Below, piece by piece: positions 48,312 to 51,147 of a stretch of 51,147 nucleotides of DNA. The stretch is from a virus (Duplodnaviria; Caudoviricetes). The stretch is from IMG/VR virus record IMGVR_UViG_3300030372_004704, positions 1 to 51,147 of that record; one strand, 5' to 3'. Below the pieces are notes generated by a model. The model saw only the letters and a program-made list of their open reading frames with translations. It was not told the DNA's origin and ran no database searches. The position numbers and the translations under genes are program-made. Numbering within the stretch: position 1 is the stretch's first letter; each line of letters starts with the position of its first letter.

Positions 48312-49670
48312 TTATGGTGTATCTCCTGTAATTGTTGGACCGCCATCAGCAGGTCCTGTACTTGAATTATTATAATTAGAAGAATCTTCCATAGTAAATG
48401 TTCTATCTACTCTCAATAATTCTATCTTTCTAATCCTTACTTTATGACCACTTGTTGAACTATCAGGACCAATAGCTATATCTAATTGAGTATTTGTTGT
48501 AGTAAATTCCCAAGTTTTATATATGTGAGAATCAGTTGAAATGGCTGAGGCTCCTGAATTATAGTTTGTGCTACCTCCACCTGAATTACCTATAGATACT
48601 TCTACATCTGCATCTGTATAAGACTCATCTGTATCATAAATTTCAACAGTAAGTTGATACTCTACTCCTGATGTAACTACTACTTGAGCCCTCATTGTTC
48701 CTTTAGAAGAAGCGGTATTTGTAATTTGTAAACCTGTTTCACTGTTATCAGTTTCAATAAGAGCAGTACAATTATTAGCAGTAAAAGCTGAATTTGCTAC
48801 TACATCATATCCATCTCCACCTGTAACTGCTGCACTATCATTTACAAAATTCAACATAGTATTATCAGTATTATAACAATTTCCATAATCATTACTACCA
48901 GGACTTGCCTCATCATTAGTAAATGTTTCAGTCATAAATCCATAAGAAGGATTTTTTATATCTTCATCTCCATCACCAAATCTACCCCATATAGTTAGAT
49001 AATTAGAACCTGTACTCCAAGAATTATGGTCAAAAGGTTCTCTACCATTATATACTGTTTTAGCCATTTGATTATCAAACTTTACTTTATAACCTGCAAT
49101 ATCAGACATATGCCCATAAAATGGTTGTGTATTAGAAGCATTTATTGTAACATTAGCACCAATATCGAGAGGAGTTTGGTCATCTATATCTGCAGCATTA
49201 GAACTTGAAGTTCCTCCATTATATGCTACTGTTTGTGGAACACCATCAATCCAAAGTAAAGGGAATAATTCATTTGCTGATGTGTTATCTAATTCTGTGT
49301 CATCAGCAACTGAGTTTCTTTGAAAAGACATAATTACATGCTTCCACTTTCCTAACCAATTATCCTTATGGTCTAATATTCCTATTGTATCAGAGTTTCC
49401 TGTATTATATCCAAGCCTCCAACTACTACCTGAGGAGGCAAATAATAAACCAGGATTAGTTCCTACATTCCAAATTCTTTGAGTGTGGTTCCATTCAGAA
49501 TGCAATTTAAACCAACAACATATTGTATTCCATTCTCCATCTGCTTTATTCCAAGTATCTGCAATAGGAGAATTAAAATGAAGACTATCATTTACTCCAT
49601 CAAAAAACATAGAATAGTAGTCTCTGAATTTATCACCACCTAATACTACTGATTTTCTGCTACCTAGCAT
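48312..49670 (-). CDS. LamG/concanavalin-A-like domain virion protein
   Basis: YSMFFDGVND, TICCWFK, WKHVIMS, LWIDG, FYGHMSDIA and VYNG are a LamG-like pattern; C-terminal carbohydrate-binding-like sandwich. Confidence 0.75.
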   Translation of the reverse strand: MLGSRKSVVLGGDKFRDYYSMFFDGVNDSLHFNSPIADTWNKADGEWNTICCWFKLHSEWNHTQRIWNVGTNPGLLFASSGSSWRLGYNTGNSDTIGILDHKDNWLGKWKHVIMSFQRNSVADDTELDNTSANELFPLLWIDGVPQTVAYNGGTSSSNAADIDDQTPLDIGANVTINASNTQPFYGHMSDIAGYKVKFDNQMAKTVYNGREPFDHNSWSTGSNYLTIWGRFGDGDEDIKNPSYGFMTETFTNDEASPGSNDYGNCYNTDNTMLNFVNDSAAVTGGDGYDVVANSAFTANNCTALIETDNSETGLQITNTASSKGTMRAQVVVTSGVEYQLTVEIYDTDESYTDADVEVSIGNSGGGSTNYNSGASAISTDSHIYKTWEFTTTNTQLDIAIGPDSSTSGHKVRIRKIELLRVDRTFTMEDSSNYNNSSTGPADGGPTITGDTP

Positions 49671-50218
49671 TAATCTTGGATATAACCTATTTTAAGCTTT
49701 AAATCATCATCTGCAGTATATGTTACTGCACTGCCTCTATTTACCGCTGATATCCATATATTTCTTGTAGTATCAGCAGATTTAATAGCAAGACCAATAT
49801 TGTCTTTTTGAGCTACTTTCCATGCTACACCATCAAAATAGTTAGAAACAGTTACAAAACCTAATATAGCTTCTGGAACTGCCCCATCTGCTGCGTCTAT
49901 TGGAGTACCAGCTGCTCCAGTAGCATCTAGCGCACCATCTGTATCCATAAACACAATATCCATAGTTGCCCCTTCATTATCGTCATCTAGGATAGTTATA
50001 GACTGTATAATAGCTGTTCCACCCTTCTCAGACATAAAGTCTACTAACCCTTTTGCTTGAAATATTACATCATCTGTAGCACAAGCCGCTGTTGTAGTTG
50101 TAGGTGTAACAGAGAAAACCTTAGTTTTCATCTCATTTAGCCTATTATTGTTAGAACCCATACCAGGACGGTCTTGAGTAACCGTGGTTCCTGCATTTGT
50201 TATTGTTAATTCACTCAT
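49670..50218 (-). CDS. Putative structural protein
   Basis: 182 aa, acidic and beta-rich; first gene of the - strand operon. Confidence 0.5.
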   Translation of the reverse strand: MSELTITNAGTTVTQDRPGMGSNNNRLNEMKTKVFSVTPTTTTAACATDDVIFQAKGLVDFMSEKGGTAIIQSITILDDDNEGATMDIVFMDTDGALDATGAAGTPIDAADGAVPEAILGFVTVSNYFDGVAWKVAQKDNIGLAIKSADTTRNIWISAVNRGSAVTYTADDDLKLKIGYIQD

Positions 50219-50246
50219 ATCTTCCCCAATTGTTGAAATTATATAA

Positions 50247-50290
50247 TTTTTATCAACTTAATATACTAAAGTCAGTACTATATTCCAAAC
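50247..50290 (-). promoter_or_regulatory. Sigma70-like promoter, copy 1
   Basis: - strand GTTTGGAA-N17-TATATTAA-GT-TGATAAAAA at the head of the structural arm. Confidence 0.7.
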
Positions 50291-50533
50291 TATTTATTAA
50301 ATATAGGTCAATTAGAGTGTGTACGACCTATCTCTTACCTAGGATAGCAGTAACTAACCAAGTTACCGTTCAAGAGTCTGCCTAATTTAGTATCTCCTTT
50401 GAAAAAAAACAAGAAAAAAATAAAAAAATTACCAATAGGGGTCCCATTTAGCAGGTGCCTCGACGATAAATCCACTTATTAGGTTGAATTTTCAAAAAAT
50501 TAGACCGAGAATGCGTGTGGGAGAGATACGTGG

Positions 50534-50662
50534 AACCGCACCCGTTCGATTTCGCCCTATGGCATCCGCCATAGGTTGAAACCGCACATATATCACAGCA
50601 TAGGCTGTGATAATGTACCACAGGCTGGGCTCTCTGCCCCCGCTCACAGTGCAAGCACTGTG
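50534..50662. other. GC-rich tandem hairpin cluster in the divergent intergenic region
   Basis: CCTATGGC-ATCC-GCCATAGG (50556-50575), TATCACAGC-ATAG-GCTGTGATA (50591-50612), GGGC-TCTCT-GCCC and CACAGTG-CAAG-CACTGTG (50645-50662). AACCGCAC direct repeat at 50534 and 50580. Confidence 0.65.
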
Positions 50663-50716
50663 TTTGCATATCTTTAACTAATCGATTAATTATTTAATCA
50701 GAAAGCGAGCTTTCTA

Positions 50717-51031
50717 ATGAAAGAAGTAATGCAATTACTTAAATCTATGCTATCCTCTACGGGTAGAATCATCTTATCAAAGAGTGGTAAGGGTTTCAAC
50801 CTATTTGGTCTCAACCCTGACACTCTTGATGTCGATGCTATAAATGAACTACTCTCTTCGCAAAATATTGCGATGAAAGCAGTACATTTCCCCGCAGAGG
50901 ATATTCCACCTACAAAACCAGGTGAATCTTGGACAACCAAAGATGAATCAGTTTATGTTGGCCCACCATCAGAACTACCTAGTAGTTCCGATGATGAACT
51001 AACAAGCCTGATGTCATCTTACCAAGATTAA
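50717..51031 (+). CDS. Hypothetical early protein
   Basis: 104-aa ORF, first on the + strand after the divergent region, followed by a terminator-like hairpin. Confidence 0.7.
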   Translation: MKEVMQLLKSMLSSTGRIILSKSGKGFNLFGLNPDTLDVDAINELLSSQNIAMKAVHFPAEDIPPTKPGESWTTKDESVYVGPPSELPSSSDDELTSLMSSYQD

Positions 51032-51047
51032 CCCTACTTTGTAGGTT

Positions 51048-51081
51048 AGATTAGGCCTAGCTTATGCTAGGCTTAATCTTT
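51048..51081 (+). terminator. Terminator-like hairpin
   Basis: AGATTAGGCCTAGC-TTAT-GCTAGGCTTAATCT followed by a short T run. Confidence 0.6.
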
Positions 51082-51147
51082 AATTGTAAGTAAATAACAG
51101 CTAGTATTTGTGTATTACTACACATAAGCATAAATTAAAAGGGATTA

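Noticed and set aside
1851-50940. Many 60-100 aa ORFs antisense to or nested in larger genes (e.g. 1851-2123, 5223-5438, 13734-13958, 29767-33033, 43711-44605, 46147-47758, 50698-50940)
   Set aside because: They overlap well-supported genes, have atypical composition and lack ribosome-binding sites.
1-51147. Direct terminal repeats, integrase/att sites, tRNAs
   Set aside because: None was recognisable by eye and the two ends share no obvious repeat, so genome completeness cannot be confirmed.

Overview
This is an AT-rich tailed-phage genome with podovirus-like organisation, probably near-complete. The + strand arm (1-9.8 kb, plus 50.7-51.1 kb) holds a highly structured non-coding leader and then a four-enzyme-class ubiquitin-like conjugation cassette (Ubl, E2-like, JAB/MPN peptidase, small ORF, ThiF/E1). 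It continues with a replication/recombination module (AAA ATPase, SSB-like protein, AEP primase-SF4 helicase, HTH, HNH, PD-(D/E)XK nuclease) and several small ORFs, one a candidate selenoprotein with an in-frame TGA. The - strand arm (9.8-50.2 kb) is the virion module: M15 endolysin, terminase, portal, scaffold, major capsid, adaptors, metallophosphoesterase, holin-like proteins, a 2426-aa tail protein, a repeat-rich tail fibre and ejection-type proteins. It also encodes a 3123-aa protein with a two-barrel RNA polymerase DxDGD motif and a SLOG-like domain (putative virion RNAP). Three copies of a conserved sigma70-like promoter precede - strand gene blocks. I recognised no DNA polymerase, integrase, tRNA or CRISPR array. 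All calls come from reading motifs by eye; no database search was run.
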